Positions 1 through 10,246 of a stretch of 64,000 nt of DNA are shown in pieces (the stretch's first letter is position 1; every line of letters starts with the position of its first letter). Under the pieces are notes generated by a model. It saw nothing but the letters and a program-made list of their open reading frames with translations. It had not been told where the DNA came from and did no database searches. Where the stretch lies: positions 930,001 through 994,000 of the forward strand of contig CATNEN010000024.1 of the NCBI GenBank assembly GCA_950097015.1, read 5' to 3'. The position numbers and the translations under genes are program-made. This DNA comes from Macrostomum hystrix (lineage: Eukaryota; Animalia; Platyhelminthes).

Positions 1-3000
1 ATCGATGATTGGCACTGGCCGTTGGCAACTGAGCAGACTGTAACTGCTCCGGCGCTGCCATGAACTGCAATGCCGGCATATAGTGCACAGGCGGCGCGCA
101 TGAAACCGCAGGCGGATCCGCAGTAGAAATTGGTTGCATAACTGGCGGCTGGTTTGACATGACGTAATAATAGGGCGCGCCAGGCAGAGTAGCGTACATA
201 GGCTGATAATTTGCCGGATAGAATGGTGGCTGCTGCTGCTGAATGACATCTGCAGGCGCACCAGGGTAATAGGCCCCACCCGCAATGGGCAGCTGCGGTT
301 GCTGGACAGTGAAAGGAGAATATAGATAAAATTCTATTTGATTTAAACAAATTGAGCTACTTTCAACGATCTTTAATTTACTAAGTTATTGATTGATGAG
401 CATAGAAAAACTTTTCTAAAAATCCTAAGGTACTTATTACAAGCACTTAGGGGGTCAGTGACTGAGCGGTTAACGGGTTTACCACTCGCACCAATGTCCC
501 TGAGCTCGTTTTGCCGCGGTGAGGCCACATTCATTTGGGGCGCAGCCGCGGAGAGAAGGCTTGGGGGCTTGTCGTGCAATTGACACCCTTGAGGGCCAAC
601 CTCCAAGGCACAGTGAAATGTACACTGACTGACGATGAGAAAGTCAGGGCAGATGTACACACCTATGTAAGAGTGTGCCTGCGTGCGTGTGCTCAGGAGT
701 CAGCGAAATGGGCAGAATTGTCTCCTCGTTGGCTGCGGGTCTAGTATCACCAAATGACGTGCCATTGCCCGCAGCCCTCCTGCAATCATTAATATTAAAT
801 GTCACTTACTAACGAGGCAGAAAATTGTGGAGGCATTGCGCTAGACAGCGGTTGGGACTGAGGCGTAGGCGGCAGCGCTGCGACCGCACCGTGAGGCGCC
901 GGCCGAGCAATACCAACTGGTCGAAGGCCAGAATCAACAGTGGAGACGGAGGCTTCCGCTTGCTGAGCAGGCGCCTGAAGCTGAGCCTGCCATTGAAAAA
1001 ATGCTGCTTTTTGAGGCATTTGAGCCTGGGGTACCTGAGCTCGCACTTGCGGTATTTGAGCACGTACTTGCGGCTGCGGTGCCTGAGTACGCATTTGCGG
1101 TATTTGAGCACGTACTTGCGGCTGCGGTGCCTGAGCACGCACCTGCTGAGCTTGAGCACGTACTTGCGGCTGCGGTGCCTGAGCACGCACTTGCTGAACT
1201 TGAGCACGAACTTGCGGCTGCGGTACCTGAGCACGCACCTGCTGCCCTTGAGCACGTACTTGCGGCTGCGGTACCTGAGCACGCACCTGCTGCCCTTGAG
1301 CACGTACTTGCGGCTGCGGTGCCTGAGCACGCACCTGCTGAACTTGAGCACGCACTTGCGGCTGCGGTACCTGAGCACGCACCTGCTGCCCTTGAGCACG
1401 TACTTGCGGCTGCGGTGCCTGAGCACGCACCTGCTGAACTTGAGCACGTACTTGCATTTGCGGTGCCCCTGAACGCATCTGAGTCACCAAAGGTGTCTGA
1501 GTTGTTGGCAACCCAGAAAACTGAGGACGCACCCCTGAGGAGGCATCCGACTTGGGGGGACAAACGTTGCCTGTCTGAGAAGCGACACGTTTAATGCCGT
1601 GCCCTTGCACGTCAGAAATTGCCGGAGATGGTAATGGAGGAGGCGTACTTGGTGGCGGAGAGGTAGCAGGATCGCTGTGTGACCATTTAGCAATAAGGTC
1701 CCGCGCCCAGTCCGGCATATGGACAGACAGCACCTTTTCCTCAGTGGCTGGCGGTGCGGCTAGCCGTCGCTTGGTAGGCGTAATTTTTTTCTGCTCCTGC
1801 TGCGCCTGAACTTTCACTTTTTTTTCAGAATCCACTTCGGGTTCGGGACTAACTTCTCTAAGTAAGGTCTGTAACAATTCGTCTTTCTGCGCTTTGCTCA
1901 AGGACTGTCTGGTCTCTTTAACTGTGGATGGCTGATCCGACACCGGCATGCGTCTGACGCGGCTAGGCACAGGCGTCGACGTTAAAGCGGCAGGCATTTG
2001 CGGCAGCGACGGTTGCGGCTGTTGCTTCTTGCGCACGGCACTGCCCCGTCCTCTACCGCTGGGAACTCCATCAGCCGACGATGCGTTCTCGGCTGGATGA
2101 CCATTTTTTCTCGGCTGGGGCACCGATGGGACATTGTGAGTAGCCAGCTCATCTGGATTGCTAGACTCATCCAGGCCGGCTTCCGCCTCGACTAAATCTT
2201 CGTCCGTTGGCAAGGAAGTAGACATTGTGTCTACAGCTGCTAGCAGGCGCTGTGTGATCTCTCGCTCTAGTTCTGGTGGCACCTCTTCTTCATCTTCTTC
2301 TTCTGTATGCGTAGAGGTTGCTTCCTGCATTGCACGCCGGCGATCGCGAGTTCGAGTCCTAGCCAGGCCGAGACTCATGTGCTGCTCAACTTTAGCTAGC
2401 AGGTGCTGCACTACGCTAGCCACCTGTTTCTCGATGTGCTTATCTGTCTCCGCAGAATCGTTACCGTCATTGTCGGAAAGCGAGGAATCAGCGGACGAAT
2501 TCGAACTCGAGTCACTATCAAGCTCGTCCGAATCGTCAGAGTCAGCGGCGGCAAATCGTGGCCTGTCGCAGCCACCCGCAGCGGTGGAAGTGGTCGAGTG
2601 GGCCAATTTGAGCAGTTCGCCAAACGGATTAATGTAATAAAATACACGTTTACTGCCCTTGAACTCGTATTCAAAATGGCAGAATCCTTGGCGCTGCAGT
2701 TCGCGCGATAGTGCACCCTTGCGCTGGTCCAGCACTAGAATAAAGGCATACTTTAGTCGCATTGTTTCCCAAAATTTTGGCGTATGCACTGCGGCGTCAG
2801 TGTAAGACATTATAGCCACGTCAGCATTGGGCAGCTTATCAATTGTAGCCTCCTCAACTCGTTCGTGCCAAAATTCCACACCGCTAGCGCCGGCAGCCTC
2901 AACGCCGTTCATAGACACGACATAGGGACCCCAGCCGATGAACTGATCAATGCCAATCAGCTTCACATATTGTGTGATGCCAACGAATTCGCGGAGCACA

Positions 3001-6000
3001 ATAAGCATGGCAGCTACGCACGGGCCTGGCCCGCAGCCGATGCTAACTACTCGCTGTGTCCGACCAAATATCTCGCTTAGCTGTTCAGCAATGCCAGACT
3101 TCGGCGACATTAGTTGTCTGAGGGATAGCCAGACGGTCTGAATGCGGCTGCGAAATAGATTTTGCGTGTACACGGCTCTCCAACCGGATAGTTTGTACAT
3201 GAAACTGACATCTAGCTTATCTGGCGCATCTTTCCATGTGTTGAATAATCGCCGCATGTCTGTACGCTGAGCAGCAGGCATGTGCTTTAAATAGCGCTCG
3301 GCCACAGCGTACACCGCTTTGCAATAGGATTCGCATTTCTTATCTATCTCCTCCGTGGTGATCAGCGACGAAGATGAGGTTGCGGATTTGGCAGCGGCTG
3401 TCGAAGATGAAGCCGAGGAGACAGGCGGCGGGGCTGGCTTCTTTGATCTCTGATCTAGCAACGAATGCGAAGAGCCGGAATGGGGCAGCATAGGCAGAAG
3501 GCTGCCAGTGCTACTGGGCCTGCCAGATAAGGGATGCAGCAAGCTGCCACCGCTGAATGCCTTCTGCTGCTGCTGCTGCTGCTGCAGCAGCAGGCCAAGC
3601 TGCAGAGGCAGATTGTATGGATTGCCTAAACCTGGAAGCTGAAAGAGAAAGAGAATAGCGACATAATATATTGACAACTGGAAAGGGATATTCTAAATTT
3701 AAAATAAACAAATTATTCAGTTGAATACAGACAGGTTAACCAGCTAGAAATATTTATAGTTAAATAAGGGCATAATTGATATATTCAGGATTGAATTATG
3801 AAAATCTAACTAATTAGGCTTGCATTAAATTAAAGGACTTCAATACATAACCATCCAATGCTTTTAAATGGAATGAATTTATTTTGAAGTTAAGCATGAA
3901 TTATCGAGGGAAAGCATAAATTATCGAGCGGGTAGCATGATTTAGGAAGGGGGTAGAATGATTTGTCGAGAGGTAGCATGATTTATCGAGGTGTAGTGCA
4001 AATTATCGAGGAGAAGCATGTATTATCGACGAAATAGCATGAATTATTGTGCGTGTAGCATGAACTATCAAAGGGCAAGGATAAATAGTTGAGTGGGTAA
4101 AATTAATTATTAAGGGGAAAGCATGTCTTGATGAGGGGGTAGCATGAACTATTGAGGGGAAGCATAAATTGAGGCAGTGGCATAAAATATTAAGGGAGTA
4201 GCAAGCTTCATCAAGGGATAGCATATAACAAAGGGGAGCATGAATCAGGGAGGCAGCATGTATTAACTAGGGGAAAGAATAAATTATCAAGGGGGTAGCA
4301 TGATTTATTGAGGAGATATCTCAAGAAAATATAAGTATATTATTTAAGTTGAATATTTTTAATGATTTTTCTTTTTAGGGCCCTTAAGTGTGATTTTCTT
4401 CCCCTGCATAAAATCATGTCTAGCATGATTTTACAATGGATAGCATGATTAATTAAGGGTGTAGCATAATTTATTTATAGGACAGCATAAATCATCAAGG
4501 AAACAGCAATTATTAGTGAGTGAACTTCATCAAATGTTGAGAGTAGCACAATTTATTGTGAGGGTAGCATAATTTATCAAGGGGGTAGCAAGCTTGATTG
4601 AGGGGGGGTGCATATTTGTTGAGAGGGTAGCATGCTTTGTTGAGGGAGCGCATGATATATCAAAGGGTAGCATGATATATTGAGGTTATATCAAGTAAAG
4701 ATAAGCAGAGTATTGAAGTTGTATATTTAAAACTATTATTGTTCTCATGGCTTTAAAGTGTAATCTTCCCGCAAAGGGGGTCTTTGTTGCTAGTAATATT
4801 CTCAACTGTATGAATTTTATATCATCAACTCTCAAAATATTCTAAAAATTAACCTGAACATTTGTCATTGACATACAAAGAACATCATAGCTTTCCTTTA
4901 ACAATTTAAACAATTCCTATGATTAAAGTGGGTCAAAATTGCTTTTGGCTTGATTTGGCCCTAAAATTGGTTTAATAAGTAAGTATAAGATTTTACAAAC
5001 ACCTTTAAAAACTTAATTGGTTCTTTCTTCATTAAATAAAAGCCTTTGTCAATTTTCTAGGCCTAATGAAAACCCAAAAAACATTTTAGGTAATATAAAC
5101 AATTATCATAATATGCATCTTAAATTAATAGGCCTAACAATTAAAAAGCTAACTGCTTAGAAAAAAAGAGGCTTGCAACAACTATTTACATTATTTAGCT
5201 AAGCTCTTTCAAGAACTAATTTTCAAATGTCAATTTTCAAAAACTAAGTGTCCTATTTCTAGTGTATTTAGTGTATACTGTATAGTTATTTTATCATTAT
5301 AATCATCACATAAAAATCTCCAAGATCTGTCCATCTGTCTATCTGACCAGTATTTTAGTCTATAGACTGAATACCTAAACAGTTTTTTCTAAAACTTGCC
5401 TTATTAGATTAGAAATACTTGTGAGATTGTATGTATCTCATTCTCTTAAATTGTTAAAAAGGCTCAAAGGGAAAATTGATTTAGTGCTTGAAAAAACATG
5501 CTTTAAAGCCATGAGAACAAAAAAATTTGACTTTTTTCTCTAATATTAAATAGTCAAACTCTTTTATTTTTAGAATCTAGGGCTAGGATAGGCTATGGCA
5601 TTGAAATTTCTGATAGCCTTAAGTTTTAAACACCAAGGAATTAAGATTTCTAATTGTAGGCAGTCTGATATGTATTCATATATCCTCTTAGTCATTCAAG
5701 GCTCTCTACATCTTGTCATAGCCATCCACATACCCCCATAAATATGCATGTAGCCTTGAAGACTTAAGGGGCTTGAGTTTGCATAGATTTTTTTATTTAT
5801 TTAAATATTTCAGTATTTCTATTGTGCCTTTTTGTCTCTGTGTCACTCACTTTAAATGGGCCTAATGCAAACTTTATTTTAGAACTCAATATTTGAAAAA
5901 TGGATATCAGAAACCGAACCATAGGCTTATCCATAACTTTTGTCTAAAAAGTTCTATGTCTCAAACTTCTTATCCCAAACCCAAAGCTATGACTGAACTC

Positions 6001-6560
6001 CAGAGGAAAAGTTTTTTCATTAGGCCCCTAAATGTTTTTCCAATGGGTTGGCTAAAGGGGAATATTTTTATATGCCAAAGTGGAATATCGTTCTCTGCTA
6101 ATTGGGGGCATAGGCGTCGCTTGTAAATCAACCTCTTTTGTTTTAAGCTAAATTAGACCTTTTATAGGCCTGTATCTGTGTTGAAAAGTAATGCAATTGA
6201 AAACAATTAGAAACTATAACCATAGGTCCCAACCGTCCCAAGACATATTAACATTAACAAAAGAAACAAGTAGGGCCTATTTGTAGTTTCCGCTGGGCCG
6301 CTAGACCTATTCAACATTATTGTACCAATCCTAGCATAGACTATTAGTATTACTACGAGCGGGTGCTTTCCAAGAAAAAAGCTTTAAGTTCATCGAAGGC
6401 TTCATCGAATTGCTCTGTCTAAATCAGGCTACGTGAGTCTGTCTGTTTGTTGAGTTAATCGGTAATATGATAAATAACTAAATATTGAACAAGCTTATAA
6501 ATCTGACTGATTGATTCTTTAGTTATTATCGAATTATGTTATAAAAATGTGACTTACCAT
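1..6560 (-). CDS. Partial gene: large protein with class I SAM-dependent methyltransferase-like domain, acidic/low-complexity linker, QVRAQ repeat and Pro/Tyr/Gln-rich C-terminal exon (3' end runs off the window)
   Basis: Exons: ATG alone at 6560-6558 followed by GTAAGT; 3638-810 (2829 nt; acceptor TTTCTCTTTCAG, donor TTA|GTAAGT); 301-<1 (acceptor CTTTCACTGTCCAG, open frame QPQLPIAGGAYYPG...). All junctions are phase 0. Motif I-like RVVSIGCGPG, acidic motif II-like KLIGID, motif IV-like ADVAIMSY. Confidence 0.75.
450..795 (+). mobile_element. tRNA-derived SINE, family B (near full length)
   Basis: Head GGGGTCAGTGACTGAGCGGTTAACG...CACCAATGTCCCTGAGCTCG, body GGGGCGCAGCCGCGGAGAGAAGGCTTG, 3' stem GGCTGCGGG...CCCGCAGCC. 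Homologous copies at ~22.0, 32.0, 36.2, 41.8 and 49.4 kb. Confidence 0.75.
1035..1470 (-). repeat. Coding minisatellite (alternating 27/21-nt units) encoding QVRAQ(A/V)PQP / QVRAQ(G/V)Q
   Basis: Tandem TTGAGCACG(C/T)AC(C/T)TGC units inside the 795-3677 ORF. Confidence 0.9.
3890..4700. repeat. Degenerate ~20-bp tandem repeat (GCATGA.TTATC.AGGGG-like)
   Basis: AGCATGA(T/A)TTAT(C/T)(G/A)AG recurs at roughly 20-bp spacing with many substitutions. Confidence 0.6.
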
Positions 6561-7774
6561 GAAGATCTATAACTATTTGCAATGCTGCAACACATCTTTA
6601 TACCGTCGACCTGTTTCATTGATTTAAATAAATTTTGCGCTTTTAAATGAAAATTACTCTGATATAAAGTAAATATTGTATTTTTTAATGCAATTTATAA
6701 TTCTTCCTTTTTGTTTTACCCTATGACTTTAAGTTTCAAAAGAACATAGAAACAACTGATTGACCTAATTTATCTTTGTTGTTAAATTCTGAAAAATCTA
6801 AAACTTTTAACTTCTTTTTAAAGGCTTTATAGACAGTGTCCTATGTACTTTAAACAATAAGTTGTAAGGAGAAGTATACCGACATACCGAAATATACCGA
6901 AATAATAAACCATTTAAAGTGGTTAATATATCAGACAGCAGACAAAGTGCCTAGTCTGCTGTGGTCCATTTTGGTGTTAAAATGGACCCTATTTGGCAAT
7001 TGCAACTAATTGGTTTTCCTATTTTGTTTCTAGTTTCCATAACATTTTAAGTACATAGAGCTAGAGCAGCTTAAAGACTCTACTGAATATTTGCCAAAAT
7101 GTTTCTTATAGAACTGACTGTTTTTTGTTCCTAGTATCCTAGGGCCTATATGGCTCTTGTAAACATCCAAATAGAGTGCAATGGACCACAATGGAAATGG
7201 ATTGGGCTGCAATATACTACAGTGAGACAGAAGCTATAGGTTTTTTTATTATTTTAATGTAGTTTTTATATATCTCTTAAAGCTATATTGGCATTCTTTT
7301 ATTTTATAATCCCTGACCATCATTTATGTGACAATTGGGGCTTTAGTTATATTAAAATCATTTAGAACCTACTTAATGGAAGTGCCTAAAAAGTTATTCT
7401 AAACTTCAATTTCATTAATGATGAAGGTACCTATATTTTTGGTTTCATTTTGCTATCCCAATGTAGTAACTTTTTATGTCTCAATAGGAGAGAATCATAA
7501 GACAAAAGTGAGGGGGTGGCAGCACATTGCTCTAAGCAATAGCTCCATTGCTTGGTTTTCTGCTGTCTCTGCTGCTGTTGTTGTTAATGTTGTTGCTTTC
7601 ATCTAAAATGGTTCAGAATTGAGTTAATGGCAGTATAAATATCATTTGGAACAAAAAACTTTGATTCCACTTCAATCTGTTTTGGTTTCAATTTCAATTG
7701 GGCTTCTATAACAAACAGAATGCAAATCCAGGGATTGTAACACAAAATAATGCCACTGTATAAAAAATATTACA

Positions 7775-8737
7775 CCATGACTAGGGACATGGCGGCCGTG
7801 CCTCTAACTCTATGTCCAAGGACACGGCCGCCATGTCCCTAGCTACCACACTACTCTGTACGTGGTAGCTAGGTGGCCGTGTCTTTAGCTGTGTGGACTC
7901 ACGGCACGGCCGCCGTGTCCCTAGCTCTGTGTATGGGAACACGGCGGCCGTGCTCCTAGTAATCTACCACTCACATGCCTGGGGGCACAGCGGTTGTCTC
8001 TGAACAATGGGCTTTAAATGAAAAATGATTCAATACATGTACGTAAGGTAGCTCAAATGTTGCCAGTAATGTCTGTAAAGACTGTCAAATATTGTGTCAA
8101 TCCAATATACTAAAACTCCTTTTAAATTATACTACTATATCACACAAGTATACTGTGTAGTGGAACGTGCAAACTTGTTCGTTTTTTGTTTTATTTATTA
8201 TTGCTTTTTTTGATGCGTACATATCTCGAGCATTTTTGTTGAAATTGACTGTTTGCAGGTATATAAATTAAGAATTGAACTTCTTACCTACCATGCCTAG
8301 AGTACCTTACAAAAATACATGTATCGCCATGCAGTTACTTTATATACATGTATGTTAGTGCATCCAACATAGAATGGGGCAGTTAGTGGATGCATGTACA
8401 GCATGATAATATTACGGACACATGATAATGTCTTTACGGACACTACCGGTGATGTTCGAGCTACATTACATACATGTATCAAATCATGTTGCATTTAAAG
8501 CCCATTGTTCAGAGACAACCGCCACGCCCCCGGGCATGTGAGTGGTAGATTACTAGGAACATGGTTGCCGTGTCACCATACACAGAGCTAGGGACACGGC
8601 AGCCGTGCCGCAAGTCCACACAGCTAAAAACACGGCCGCCGTGGCTCTAGGCACAGAGTAGTGCGGTAGCTATGGACACAGCGGCCATGTCCTTAGACAT
8701 TGAGTTAGAGGCACGGCCACCGTGTCCCTAGTCATGG
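7775..8737. mobile_element. Foldback/MITE-like element: ~320-bp imperfect inverted arms around a ~320-bp spacer
   Basis: 7775 CCATGACTAGGGACATGGCGGCCGTGCCTCTAACTC pairs with GAGTTAGAGGCACGGCCACCGTGTCCCTAGTCATGG ending at 8737. Inner AACCGC/GCGGTTGTCTCTGAACAATGGGCTTTAAATG is also inverted. No TSD identified. Confidence 0.7.
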
Positions 8738-9125
8738 CGAAAATAATAACTACTGAATTAGTCCCATTGTAGTCTGTTGCAGTTCCATTGCAGTCCCATT
8801 GTGGTCCATTTTGGTGTTTAAAGGTAAAAGCTATTCTTCTAACTTAGCTTAGTGTTACAATACACAATTTTCTGTATCAAAATAAATTGTTTAGTTTTCC
8901 ATTTAAAGTTAATCTGCCATCGCAGTTTAGTGAAACAGTGAAAAGTTTATTTATATTTGAAATCGATAGCAACTAATTCTGTTAGTGCCCACTTTGTGTT
9001 TGCTTGTGACTAGTGCAAGTGCTAGTGAAAATTGATCTCTAGTACTTGTATGCTTCAAGTGCAAAAAGCAACATTGATTGATTTGACAAATTGCAGCTTC
9101 CCAGCTGAGCCAAGCTCAACCAATC

Positions 9126-9704
9126 ATGGCAGCCAAAGTGAAGCGATATCGGGGCTTCTACGAGGCAGCGGTGCATCCCATATTTTACAAGACCAACATA
9201 CCGGCCCAGCAGGCCAAGCCGGCTCCACCTCTTGGTCCCCAGCTGGGCAAGCGTGGCATCAACATACCCAGCTTTTGCAAGGACTTCAACGAGCGCACTA
9301 AGCATATTAAGCCGGGCATTCCAATACCAACTGTGATGTACATTAACCCGGATCGCAGTTTTCTATTGCAGCTCTATCATCCGCCGACGTCTTATTTAAT
9401 TAAGCAGGCGGCCGGCATTAGCAAGGGTGCCACAGATCCGCACAAAGAAATAGCTGGCATGCTAACTAGGCAGCACATCTACGAGATCGCCCTGCTGAAG
9501 CAGCAGGATCCGCCACTGCAGACTGTGCCACTGCGTCGCATTGTTGAAGCCGTCATCCAGCAGGCCAGACGGATGGGTGTACTCATCGTGGACAAGCTGG
9601 ATCCGGTTGAGTATGCGGCATTTTTAGAGAAACGAACTGAAGAGCTGCGGCTGATGCGAGAAGAGCTGGCTGCGATTAAGAAGGCCAAAATGGCCAAAGT
9701 CTGA
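9126..9704 (+). CDS. MRPL11: 39S mitochondrial ribosomal protein L11 (intronless, 192 aa)
   Basis: uL11 N-terminal signature AKPAPPLGPQLGKRGINIPSFCKDFNERT; C-terminal RNA-binding domain (LIKQAAGISKG...QHIYEIALLKQQD). Confidence 0.93.
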   Translation: MAAKVKRYRGFYEAAVHPIFYKTNIPAQQAKPAPPLGPQLGKRGINIPSFCKDFNERTKHIKPGIPIPTVMYINPDRSFLLQLYHPPTSYLIKQAAGISKGATDPHKEIAGMLTRQHIYEIALLKQQDPPLQTVPLRRIVEAVIQQARRMGVLIVDKLDPVEYAAFLEKRTEELRLMREELAAIKKAKMAKV

Positions 9705-10246
9705 GCGTTGGATCATCGTTCAACGTTTTACTGTCAGTCAGACAGACACAGATCTGCTAAATTCAAATCTGTTTTTGTTACTATAGAAACTAATTAGCAT
9801 TTTTTCAATTTCATCATCTTTCTGCGCTCCAATCGATGCTTTATTGCGTGTTGCTTTATAGTGAAATATAAACATTAATAATCACTAATTGGAGTCAGTT
9901 ATTAATTTAGCCTACTGTTTCTTTTTGCTTTGTTTCAAATTGCTTTCCTGGAATGCCTTCTGGGTGCCCGTCGCTAAATTTCAGCAGAAATAACCCGCGT
10001 AACATTCCGCTGACCCATAAGCACACAGTCATGCATAGATTAGACCGCATGGGGCATAAATTAAACGACAAGCTCTTCTCTCGCAGCGAATTCGAGCTCA
10101 GGGACATTGGTTGGAATGTTCTTCCAATCGTAGAGTTCTTCCAATTGGAGAGGTCTTCCTTGAACTATAATAAGCTGAAATATTTCCAGCCGAAGCGACA
10201 CACTGGCTCAAAAGCGGAGTGAGCAGCAGCAGCAGCAGCCGCCGCA

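Noticed and set aside
625-650. CTGACGA-TGA-GAAA in SINE family B as a possible minimal hammerhead ribozyme
   Set aside because: Only 3 nt lie between CUGANGA and GAAA, so stem II cannot form, and there is no GAAAC/GUH stem III. A plain CTGAC/GTCAG hairpin explains it.
809-1594. Overlapping ORFs 809-1447(-), 825-1472(+), 934-1563(-), 1001-1594(+)
   Set aside because: Alternative frames of the coding minisatellite; only the 795-3677 frame extends into unique sequence with splice support.
9032-9305. Short ORFs overlapping MRPL11, and similar shadow ORFs over ADAM10 and DNAJC13 exons
   Set aside because: Alternative-frame or antisense shadows of GC-rich true exons.
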